In this document: piece by piece, positions 16,989-24,237 of the stretch
How the letters are laid out: each line of letters starts with the position of its first letter
Numbering within the stretch: the stretch's first letter is position 1
Assembly (NCBI RefSeq): GCF_004102945.1
Contig: NZ_CP019384.1
Coordinates: forward strand, 1,942,202 to 1,974,201
DNA: 32,000 nt
From: Candidatus Velamenicoccus archaeovorus
GTDB taxonomy: Bacteria; Omnitrophota; Gorgyraeia; Velamenicoccales; Velamenicoccaceae
Direction of reading: 5' to 3'
Notes under the pieces: model-generated
Seen by the model: the letters and a program-made list of their open reading frames with translations, nothing else
The model's database searches: none
What the model was told of the DNA's origin: nothing
Translations under genes and position numbers: made by a program

Positions 16989-18499
16989 CACTTCCCCCGG
17001 ATGCAAGAAACGATAAAACCGCCGAGCACAAGCACCGAAACAAATTCAAGACGGCCGGCCCACATCTGGATGATATAGACGACTTTTAAAAACACCGGCA
17101 TCCCCACCTGCGTGATCCCGCAAGAAAGGCCCACATTACCCGCCGCCGAGGTCGATTCAAACAAAGATTCCAACAGAGGATAGCCGGCGAAACAGGCAGC
17201 GGCCGTCCCAAAAAGATACACCAAGACATAAGCGATTGTCATCAACGCGGCCGATCTGACCAACTTGTCGTCCAGAAACATATCCTTGAGATGGTGGAAC
17301 TTGGTAGAGACAACGGACGAATCGGACATCAAGAATCTCTTGACGTCCTCCCGGAACGCCTTGGCGATCAGACCGATCCTCAGCATCTTGATGCCGCCCG
17401 TCGTCGAACAAATGCTCGCCCCCATGCCCATGGCCACAATGATCGCCAAAAGCGCCAAAGACTTCCATTCGAGAATAAACTGCGGCGAGTAAATCGTCGA
17501 GAAACCCGTCGTCGTGTGCGCCGAAATGATCTGATAAAGCCCCCTGCGAACCAAACCGATTATTGTGCCGTAGACGTGCCCTTTGGCCAGGGCTGCGGCG
17601 GCCAGAAGTGTCACCAGACCCAGCGTGATCACAAAAGTCCTGACCTCGATATCCTTCCAAAGTTCTTTGCGCTTGCCGTTCCAGATGGCGTAGTGAAGAT
17701 TAAAATTGATCGCCCCCCAAACCATGACAATAATGGTGCCAAATTCAAAAAGCCCGTCTTGGTAATAAATGATGCTCTGGGACTGCGGAGAAAAGCCTCC
17801 CGTATCAAAAGCGGCCATAAAAATACAAGCGCCGTGAAAAACCGCTTCGCGCAGAGAAAGGCCCGCGGAAAGATGACCGCAAAGCGCCAAAAGCAATGTG
17901 CCCACGACGAAATATACCAGGCTCACCAGCCAGATGAATTTTGCCGTCTCGGCGACATTTGGAAGGATCTTCTCGTCCCGGCCTTCGCCCACATACATCC
18001 GAAAGGCGCCTGCTCCCCCTTTGACCAAAAAAGAAAGCGCGACGACGACAATCCCCTGCCCGCCCAAAAACATCATCAGGTGTCTCCAGAAATTCGCACC
18101 GTGCGAAAGATGGTCCAGGTCCTGGACGAGACTAAGCCCAGTGGTGGCCAAGGCTGACATAGACTCAAAGCAGGCGTCGAGAAATGTTTTCCAGTGACCG
18201 CTCAGGTACAGCGGGATGGCCCCCAGGACCATACACACAAGCCAGCCCAAAGAAACAACCACCATCCCATGCATCCAGTTCATTTCGGGGTGCTTATCAA
18301 GACGCGCCACAAGGATGCACAGGACCCCTGTACTGATAGAGGCAATGAGACCGATGGCAAAATCAACGACAGGAACCGTTTCGCCGAACATAACGGAAAC
18401 GGCCACAGGCAGAACCATCATCATGCCAAACCCCAGAATGATCTTTCCGAGGAAATGGAGGATGATGCGAATGTCCAGGGTTTGAGGTTTGAGGATCAT
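16988..18499 (-). CDS. trkH: TrkH/KtrB-family potassium transporter membrane subunit
   Basis: About 503 aa and polytopic, with repeated pore-loop-like segments (ATTGLS, TTGFS, GNVGLS). I chose the start MILKPQTLDIRIILHFLGKI at 18499, which overlaps the stop of the 40-aa ORF (ATGA). Confidence 0.9.
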   Translation of the reverse strand: MILKPQTLDIRIILHFLGKIILGFGMMMVLPVAVSVMFGETVPVVDFAIGLIASISTGVLCILVARLDKHPEMNWMHGMVVVSLGWLVCMVLGAIPLYLSGHWKTFLDACFESMSALATTGLSLVQDLDHLSHGANFWRHLMMFLGGQGIVVVALSFLVKGGAGAFRMYVGEGRDEKILPNVAETAKFIWLVSLVYFVVGTLLLALCGHLSAGLSLREAVFHGACIFMAAFDTGGFSPQSQSIIYYQDGLFEFGTIIVMVWGAINFNLHYAIWNGKRKELWKDIEVRTFVITLGLVTLLAAAALAKGHVYGTIIGLVRRGLYQIISAHTTTGFSTIYSPQFILEWKSLALLAIIVAMGMGASICSTTGGIKMLRIGLIAKAFREDVKRFLMSDSSVVSTKFHHLKDMFLDDKLVRSAALMTIAYVLVYLFGTAAACFAGYPLLESLFESTSAAGNVGLSCGITQVGMPVFLKVVYIIQMWAGRLEFVSVLVLGGFIVSCIRGK

Positions 18500-18618
18500 C
18501 GGTAGATCAAGAAGGCGACCCCGCAGATCACCAGGCCCCACAGAACGATTGCCGCGGCAAAAACCATTTCAAAACAAATCCCGACGATGATGTTGGCAAT
18601 GCTCCGGATGCGGTTCAT
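18496..18618 (-). CDS. candidate 40-aa hydrophobic peptide between trkA and trkH
   Basis: My translation is MNRIRSIANIIVGICFEMVFAAAIVLWGLVICGVAFLIYR. Its ATG overlaps the trkA stop (ATGA) and its stop overlaps the trkH ATG (ATGA). It contains one predicted TM helix. It is below the ORF-track length cut-off. Confidence 0.45.
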   Translation of the reverse strand: MNRIRSIANIIVGICFEMVFAAAIVLWGLVICGVAFLIYR

Positions 18619-19280
18619 TTGAGATCTCCGATCAGCGCCCGCAACAACTGCTGTTCGTTCTCAACGAGGGTCAGGGCGATGATATCGTCCCCTGGAGCCA
18701 AGACCGTGTTGCCTTTGGGAACAACAACCTCGTCCTTACGGATGATAGAAACAAGGACCGAATCCGGAGGCAGGACGAGCTCGTTCAAATTCTTGTGTAT
18801 GGCTGGGGAATCGTCGGTAAGATCAACGCGCACGATAGCCAGCTTCCCCCGCTTGAAGCTCATCAGATTGACAAAATCGGTAAAGGAGACTTCTTCTTCG
18901 ATCATCTTGGCGATGATCTTGGTCGCGTCGATCGGGACGTCGATGCCGAGCTCGTTGAACGTATGTTCATTGGCCGGGTCGTTCACGCGGGCGACGGTGC
19001 GCTTGATGCCGAACTTTTCTTTGGCCAATTGGCAGATGACAAGGTTATCCTCGTCCTCTCCGGTCACGGCTGCGATGACGTCCGCGCGCTCGATATGCGC
19101 CTCTTCCAGGAAGCGCGGCTCGCAGGCATCGCCGTTGACGATGATCAAATTAAGCGTCTGGGACAACTTCTGGCAGACGTCCTTGCTTTTTTCTACGACG
19201 ACGACTGTATGTTTGTCTTCCAGGAGCCTCTGCGCCAGGAAATGCCCGACCTTCCCCGCTCCAGCCACGATAATATACAT
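18615..19280 (-). CDS. trkA: Trk/Ktr system RCK-domain (NAD-binding) subunit, copy 2
   Basis: 221 aa. MYIIVAGAGKVGHFLAQRL is a Rossmann GxGxxG motif, and a TrkA-C-like C-terminal half follows. Confidence 0.9.
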   Translation of the reverse strand: MYIIVAGAGKVGHFLAQRLLEDKHTVVVVEKSKDVCQKLSQTLNLIIVNGDACEPRFLEEAHIERADVIAAVTGEDEDNLVICQLAKEKFGIKRTVARVNDPANEHTFNELGIDVPIDATKIIAKMIEEEVSFTDFVNLMSFKRGKLAIVRVDLTDDSPAIHKNLNELVLPPDSVLVSIIRKDEVVVPKGNTVLAPGDDIIALTLVENEQQLLRALIGDLK

Positions 19281-19289
19281 AAAACCTCT

Positions 19290-19958
19290 TTAGGCCTGAT
19301 CGGCCCCAAACATCTTTTTGACCTTATCGATACTTCCGGTCCTGACGATGCCGTAAATCCGGTCCCCTTTATCGATATGCGTGTCCGGCAAGGGCATGAG
19401 GATGTCTCTGCCGTGCTGATCGCACCTCTTGACGATCGTGCAAACGAGGAATTCGTTGGGCAGCGTGATGTCGGAAACAACCTTCCCCGCCGTCTTGTCG
19501 TCCACGTCCAGCTCGATGACGCCCAGGTCGCCCGTCTCGATCAGAAAGCTCGACAGGCGCTTGTCCATCAACTTGTCGCGGATCATGGAGGCAAACAGGA
19601 CAGTGCCGCTCAAAACCTCCAGGCCCAGCGTCTCATAGATATGGGCCCTGGCCGAATCGTAGACGCGGGCGATGACGCGCTTGACCTTGAATATCTTCTT
19701 GGCGACCTGGGACGCCATGATGTTGGTGTTATCGCCGTTCGTCAGGCTGCAAAAGGCGTCAGCCCGGTCGATACCGCTCTGGCGGAGAACGTCAAGCTCA
19801 AAGCCGTTGCCGACGATGGTCAGGCCGTTGAAAGAAGGCCCCAGCTTATTGAAGGCCTCCAGCTTCTTGTCCACCACCACCACATTGTGTCCTTCGTCGG
19901 ACAGGAGCGTGGCCACCTGTGCGCCCACGCGTCCGCATCCTACAATGACGACATACAT
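19290..19958 (-). CDS. trkA: Trk/Ktr system RCK-domain (NAD-binding) subunit, copy 1
   Basis: I chose the internal start MYVVIVGCGRVGAQVATLL (GxGxxG). AGAGGG precedes the ATG. The 34 extra track codons cover an inverted repeat. Confidence 0.88.
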   Translation of the reverse strand: MYVVIVGCGRVGAQVATLLSDEGHNVVVVDKKLEAFNKLGPSFNGLTIVGNGFELDVLRQSGIDRADAFCSLTNGDNTNIMASQVAKKIFKVKRVIARVYDSARAHIYETLGLEVLSGTVLFASMIRDKLMDKRLSSFLIETGDLGVIELDVDDKTAGKVVSDITLPNEFLVCTIVKRCDQHGRDILMPLPDTHIDKGDRIYGIVRTGSIDKVKKMFGADQA

Positions 19959-19992
19959 AATTTGCCCTCTGGATCTTTTTGTCTGCGAATTA

Positions 19993-20046
19993 CCCAGCAC
20001 GAATTTTACCGATGCATCTCCCCTAAGAAGTAAAATTTGTGCTGGG
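19993..20046. promoter_or_regulatory. 17-bp imperfect inverted repeat with a 20-nt loop in the rplT-trkA spacer
   Basis: CCCAGCACGAATTTTAC (19993..20009) pairs with GTAAAATTTGTGCTGGG (20030..20046) with one mismatch. No U-tract follows on the transcribed strand. Confidence 0.5.
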
Positions 20047-20088
20047 TCAAATTCCGGCAACTAACTTAGCAGCACTTCGTTCGCTAAG

Positions 20089-20448
20089 CTAGGCCGTCAT
20101 TTGACCTTTGGCGATCTCCACCAGCTTCAAAAAAGCCGCATTATCATTCACCGCCATCTCGGCAATGATCTTGCGGTCCAAAGAAACATTGGCCTTGCGC
20201 AGGCCATTGATGAGTCTGGAGTAGGTCGTACCGGCCTGGCGGCATGCCGCGTTGATCCTGGCGATCCACAAGCTCCGAATCTCTCTCTTCTTGGCCCTGC
20301 GGTCGCGCGTGGCATAGCTTCTGGCCCTGTCAACGGCCTCCTTGGCCATACGGTAACGCCGGCTGCGGTCCCCCCGGCGCCCCTTAGCCTCCTTCATGAT
20401 CCTTTTTTTGCGGGCCCGTGAGGCCACGTTCGGTTTCACTCTAGCCAT
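20089..20448 (-). CDS. rplT: 50S ribosomal protein L20
   Basis: 119 aa. [26 protein letters not shown]...LWIARINAA is family-typical. Confidence 0.97.
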   Translation of the reverse strand: MARVKPNVASRARKKRIMKEAKGRRGDRSRRYRMAKEAVDRARSYATRDRRAKKREIRSLWIARINAACRQAGTTYSRLINGLRKANVSLDRKIIAEMAVNDNAAFLKLVEIAKGQMTA

Positions 20449-20632
20449 ATGGCAACATCCTCCTTATACGCCTTGCCTCGACGGTGCTGACGAGGGCGGA
20501 ACGTCTTAAATGACGCTTGCGCTTGCGTGTTTTTTTTGTCAAAATATGCCCCTTGAATGCCCGGGTCCTTTTCAGCTTTCCCCTGGCCGTCGTCTTGATT
20601 CTTTTTGCGACGGATTTATTTGTCTTTAACAT
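20441..20632 (-). CDS. rpmI: 50S ribosomal protein L35
   Basis: I chose the start [44 protein letters not shown] precedes this ATG. The gene overlaps the rplT start by 8 nt. Confidence 0.93.
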   Translation of the reverse strand: MLKTNKSVAKRIKTTARGKLKRTRAFKGHILTKKTRKRKRHLRRSALVSTVEARRIRRMLPYG

Positions 20633-20681
20633 GCCTTCTCCTTGCTTAAAGTCGGTGGTCGGCAAAAATTCCCCAAACTGT

Positions 20682-20709
20682 CTACTCTCTACTGACTACT
20701 GTCTACTTT
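20682..20709. repeat. four tandem heptads CTACTNN (minus sense NNAGTAG) in the infC-rpmI spacer
   Basis: CTACT begins at 20682, 20689, 20696 and 20703. A longer 9-nt repeat ACTGTCTAC occurs at 20677..20685 and 20698..20706. Confidence 0.6.
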
Positions 20710-20711
20710 TT

Positions 20712-21218
20712 TTACTTGGGTGCGACCACAATCGTGATGAAGCGCCCTTCGAACATCGGCCCGCTTTCGACGACACCGGCCTCCTGTGCATCCGCAACGA
20801 AACGGTCCACCACGCGGCGGCCGATCTCTTTATGCGCCATCTCGCGGCCGCGGAACATCAGCGTCACCTTCACCTTGTTGCCTTCCTTCAAAAACTCGAG
20901 CATATGCTTGAGTTTGATATGATAATCGTGCTCCTCGATGTTCGGCTTGACCCGGATCTCCTTGAGCTGAAAATGCTTCTGGTGCTTCTTGGCCTCTCTC
21001 TCCCGTTTTTCCTGCTCGTATTTATACTTGCTGAAATCCATGATACGGCAGACGGGCGGCTTCACCTGCGGCGCCACCTCAACCAAGTCCAGCTCATATT
21101 TTGTTGCCAAATCCAGGCCGGTCTTAACGGAAACGATCCCCAGCTGCTCGCTGTTCGGCCCGATCACACGTATCTCCGGAGCACGGATCTTCTCATTGAC
21201 TCTGACGTACTTTTTGAT
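20712..21218 (-). CDS. infC: translation initiation factor IF-3, probably with a non-AUG (AUC) start
   Basis: The track ORF starts at an internal GTG. The in-frame upstream extension reads IKKYVRVNEKIRAPEIRVIGPNSEQLGIV, a typical IF-3 N-terminus. An in-frame TAA closes the frame 6 codons upstream of the ATC. AAGGAGGTG lies 4 nt upstream of the ATC at 21218. Confidence 0.88.
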   Translation of the reverse strand: MKKYVRVNEKIRAPEIRVIGPNSEQLGIVSVKTGLDLATKYELDLVEVAPQVKPPVCRIMDFSKYKYEQEKREREAKKHQKHFQLKEIRVKPNIEEHDYHIKLKHMLEFLKEGNKVKVTLMFRGREMAHKEIGRRVVDRFVADAQEAGVVESGPMFEGRFITIVVAPK

Positions 21219-21260
21219 GCAGCACCTCCTTGTTTAGTCCCCGGGAGGGAACGCTGTTGA

Positions 21261-22982
21261 TCAGATGTCCTTATTTTTAATCTCGGTTTCCAACTGACGG
21301 ATAAAATCCTCGACGGGCATCGCCCCCATATCGCCCTTCTTTTTGGAGCGCACAGAGACGGCATGCCCGGCCGCCTCGCGGCCGCCGACCACAGCCACGT
21401 AGGGGACCTTGCTCACTTCGGCGTTGCGGATCTTCTTGTTCAATGTTTCGGACGCGGTGTCGCAGACGGCACGGATGTCTCTGGCCCGGAGTTCCTTCTC
21501 GACGGCGCGGGCGTAAGCCTCATGCTCCGCTTTGACCGGCACGACCACGACCTGGCGCGGAGACAGCCAGAGCGGAAAATTTCCCGCGTAATGCTCGATG
21601 AGCGTCCCGATAAACCGCTCCAGGCTCCCGAAGATCACGCGATGCAGCATGACCGGCCGAGCATTTTTCCCGTCGTCGCCGACGTAAGCCAGGTCGAACT
21701 TCTCCGGCAGGGCAAAGTCGCATTGGATCGTCGCGCACTGCCAGAGCCGGCCGATCGCATCTTTCAGCTTGATGTCGATCTTGGGGCCGTAAAAAGCGCC
21801 GTCGCCCTCGTTGATGTCATAGCTTAGCTTTTTCTCGTCGAGTGACGCGCGCAACGCGTCCGTTGCCCGCTGCCAATCCTCGTCCGTCCCGATGGATTTT
21901 TTGGGTCTCGTCGAGAGCTCGATATGGAAATCTTTGAAGCCGAACAGCTTCATCGTGTCGAAGACAAAATCCAGCACGTCCTTGATCTCCGCCTTGACCT
22001 GCTCGGGCAGGCAGAAGATATGCGCGTCGTCCTGCGTAAAGCTGCGCACGCGCAAAAGACCGTGCAATACACCGCTTTTTTCATGGCGATACACCGTCCC
22101 CAGCTCGAACAACCGCAAGGGCAGATCGCGATAGCTGCGCGTCTGGGACTTGTAGATCAAAATATGGCCCGGGCAATTCATGGGCTTGACGGCATAATCC
22201 TGGCCGTCGATCGAGAACCGGTACATGTTCTCGGCGTAATAATCCGCGTGACCGGACGTCTTCCATAAGCCCCATTTCAACACATGCGGGGTCACGACCA
22301 TCTCGTAGCCGCGGCGCACGTGTTCCTGTTTCTCGTATGTCTCTAAAATATTGCGCAAGACCGCGCCGGCGGGATGATAAAAAACAAGCCCCGATCCCGC
22401 TTCCTCGTGATAGATATCAAAGAGCCCCAGGTCCTTGCCGAGCCTCCGATGGTCCCGTTTTTTGGCCTCTTCGAGGACCGCCAGGTATTTTTCGAGGTCG
22501 GCGGCCTTGTCAAAGGCCGTACCGTAAATCCTCTGGAGCATGGGATTGGTCTCGATCCCATGCCAATAGGCGCCGGCGATGGACAAAAGCTTAAAAGCCT
22601 TGATCTCGGACGTTCGGGCGACATGCGGGCCGCGGCAGAGATCGACAAAATCCTTACCCGTCCGGTAGATCGAGACCTTCTCGTCGGGGATATCGTCGAT
22701 CAGCTCCAGCTTGTATGCCTCGCCCAGCTTGCTGAAAAGCTCCCGCGCCTCTTTCTTGCTTAACTCCTCGCGGACAAAAGGCAGATCGGCCGCAATGATC
22801 TCTCTCATTCTGGCTTCGATCTTCTCTAGGTCTTCTAGGGCAAACGGCTCCTTCTTGTCAAAGTCGTAATAAAATCCGTCTTCGATCGAAGGGCCGATAC
22901 TGAGCTTGGTTTCCGGCCACAAAGATTTCACAGCTGCGGCCATAATATGCGAACAGCTGTGCCTGAGAATATCTAGATCCAT
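21261..22982 (-). CDS. thrS: threonyl-tRNA synthetase (short form without the N-terminal TGS domain)
   Basis: 573 aa. It begins at the editing-domain HSCSHIMA motif and has class II catalytic and anticodon-binding regions. Confidence 0.95.
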   Translation of the reverse strand: MDLDILRHSCSHIMAAAVKSLWPETKLSIGPSIEDGFYYDFDKKEPFALEDLEKIEARMREIIAADLPFVREELSKKEARELFSKLGEAYKLELIDDIPDEKVSIYRTGKDFVDLCRGPHVARTSEIKAFKLLSIAGAYWHGIETNPMLQRIYGTAFDKAADLEKYLAVLEEAKKRDHRRLGKDLGLFDIYHEEAGSGLVFYHPAGAVLRNILETYEKQEHVRRGYEMVVTPHVLKWGLWKTSGHADYYAENMYRFSIDGQDYAVKPMNCPGHILIYKSQTRSYRDLPLRLFELGTVYRHEKSGVLHGLLRVRSFTQDDAHIFCLPEQVKAEIKDVLDFVFDTMKLFGFKDFHIELSTRPKKSIGTDEDWQRATDALRASLDEKKLSYDINEGDGAFYGPKIDIKLKDAIGRLWQCATIQCDFALPEKFDLAYVGDDGKNARPVMLHRVIFGSLERFIGTLIEHYAGNFPLWLSPRQVVVVPVKAEHEAYARAVEKELRARDIRAVCDTASETLNKKIRNAEVSKVPYVAVVGGREAAGHAVSVRSKKKGDMGAMPVEDFIRQLETEIKNKDI

Positions 22983-23017
22983 GCTTTTCTTTCAACGCTG
23001 CGATACAAGCGGCCCTT

Positions 23018-23452
23018 TCATCTGCACAAATCCACCCGATCAACCTCTAAGATCACTTCACCGTCTTGCGTCATGCCAGCACATGTGCCGACTATGTCCA
23101 CTGAAACCCCTTCCTTGAGCTGCTGTCTCAAGAGAACTGCATCTGTTTTTTCCTCATTCGGGATGATATGCACGGGGAGCGCGGGATCGTTATCGACGCG
23201 GCCCTTCGCATAAAATCCCCCAAAAAGGCTGACATCCTGTATCACAATATGCTTCCACTCGCCAGCCCCCTCGAGCCCTTTCTGATGCTCGAGCCACATA
23301 CTTTTGCAAAGGAGCCACTGATCTTTGGTGGATGCCGCCGCGGCACTTTCTGGAAGCTGTGGAGGCGCCACAGGCTCTTGCCCTTGCCGCGCCTGCGCTG
23401 TAACGCAGGCCGTCGTCAGAAAAAACAGTAACCAAGAAATCTTGCGTCGCAT
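23018..23452 (-). CDS. hypothetical secreted protein
   Basis: I chose the internal start MRRKISWLLFFLTTACVTAQA, which looks like a signal peptide. I recognise no family. Confidence 0.5.
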   Translation of the reverse strand: MRRKISWLLFFLTTACVTAQARQGQEPVAPPQLPESAAAASTKDQWLLCKSMWLEHQKGLEGAGEWKHIVIQDVSLFGGFYAKGRVDNDPALPVHIIPNEEKTDAVLLRQQLKEGVSVDIVGTCAGMTQDGEVILEVDRVDLCR

Positions 23453-23595
23453 ACCGAAAGCCGGCCCTGGGCACATTTCACCGAGGCGATCTTCTTGCCC
23501 CTCTGGCGCTCCCCGCCGAGAAACTTGGCGGGTCGCTGTCACCCCAAGAACGCGGGGACGATCTCCCCGCACCCCTTAGGTTCTCGTCCAGAATA

Positions 23596-23672
23596 TGGTG
23601 GGCGCGACAGGACTCGAACCTGTGACCCCTTCCATGTCAAGGAAGTACTCTAACCAACTGAGCTACGCGCCC
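23596..23672 (-). tRNA. tRNA-Val (anticodon GAC), CCA encoded
   Basis: Minus sense: GGGCGCGTAGCTCAGTTGGTTAGAGTACTTCCTTGACATGGAAGGGGTCACAGGTTCGAGTCCTGTCGCGCCCACCA. It forms a full cloverleaf with anticodon loop TTGACAT. Confidence 0.95.
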
Positions 23673-23691
23673 GAAATTTTCTTATCTCTAA

Positions 23692-23790
23692 GCGTAGCGA
23701 AGATTCCTCTTGCCAACGACCGAGGGAAGCATCCTTTGCTTCCCGAGGAAGTCCCGAGGGCAGACGCCCGAGGGACTGAGCTACGCGCCC
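23692..23790 (-). pseudogene. tRNA-Val-derived remnant / tRNA-like structured repeat (copy 2)
   Basis: It begins with GGGCGCGTAGCTCAGT, identical to the first 16 nt of tRNA-Val, then diverges. GCGTAGC (23786..23780) can pair with GCTACGC (23698..23692). That stem encloses three hairpins: AGTCCC/GGGACT, GGGAAGC/GCTTCCC with a 7-nt loop, and AAGA-GGAA-TCTT. There is no U33 and no T-loop consensus. Confidence 0.4.
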
Positions 23791-23854
23791 GAAATCCAGT
23801 TATCAAAAACCAACAGACCAAATTTGCGACGGCAGCGGCTGGGAACCCCAACTG

Positions 23855-23927
23855 TCCCGACTTCCGCCAGAGGCGGAACGTCGGGATCCCGACCAAACAC
23901 ACGTGAGCGTCGGGAAGCTACGCGCCC
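23855..23927 (-). pseudogene. tRNA-derived remnant (copy 3) with twin hairpins
   Basis: It starts GGGCGCGTAGC at 23927. Two adjacent hairpins follow, both closed by TCCCGAC/GTCGGGA (23887..23915 and 23855..23886). The central GTCGG-GATC-CCGAC resembles the tRNA-Cys T-arm stem GTCGG/CCGAC. Confidence 0.35.
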
Positions 23928-24006
23928 AAAAAATCAAAAAACAGGAAAAGCCTCCTCCGGCCCTATCTTACATCTTAATCCTGGGCTCTTCCACTCTAAT
24001 CTGGTT

Positions 24007-24093
24007 TGGTGCCGGGAGAGGGACTTGAACCCTCAAGGCCTTGCGGCCGACGGATTTTAAGTCCGTTATGTTTGCCAATTTCATCATCCCGGC
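24007..24093 (-). tRNA. tRNA-Leu (anticodon UAA), long variable arm, CCA encoded
   Basis: Minus sense: GCCGGGATGATGAAATTGGCAAACATAACGGACTTAAAATCCGTCGGCCGCAAGGCCTTGAGGGTTCAAGTCCCTCTCCCGGCACCA. The anticodon loop is CTTAAAA. Confidence 0.95.
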
Positions 24094-24163
24094 GGCACTT
24101 TTCCCTTGTTGCGGCATTTCAATCGACGGCAACTTGGGACAAAATTTGTTTCACAAATTTCAA

Positions 24164-24236
24164 AGGCGCGAGTCGGGATTGAACCGACGAATAGAGGTTT
24201 TGCAGACCTCCGCCTTAGCCGCTTGGCTATCGCGCC
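24164..24236 (-). tRNA. tRNA-Cys (anticodon GCA), U73 discriminator, CCA not encoded
   Basis: Minus sense: GGCGCGATAGCCAAGCGGCTAAGGCGGAGGTCTGCAAAACCTCTATTCGTCGGTTCAATCCCGACTCGCGCCT. The anticodon loop is CTGCAAA. Confidence 0.93.
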
Positions 24237-24237
24237 A

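Noticed and set aside
19959-20088. c-di-AMP (ydaO/kimA-class) riboswitch upstream of the K+ transporter genes.
   Set aside because: The spacer is the right size, but the conserved cores that I recall (paired ACGGGGA/CCCA-type and CCCGAACCCG...CAGCTAACC segments) are not present.
23692-23790. Copy 2 considered as a functional, unusually long tRNA.
   Set aside because: The 7-nt loop AAAGGAT lacks U33. There is no GTTCRA T-loop or D-loop GG. The would-be acceptor stem is offset from the 5' GGGC. It is better treated as a remnant or tRNA-like fold.
23700-23930. Recurrent CCCGAGG(G) and TCCCGAC/GTCGGGA motifs, considered as a possible CRISPR-like array.
   Set aside because: The repeats are short (7-8 nt), irregularly spaced, mutually complementary and mixed with tRNA-derived sequence. 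There are no uniform 25-40-nt repeats, no unique spacers and no cas genes.
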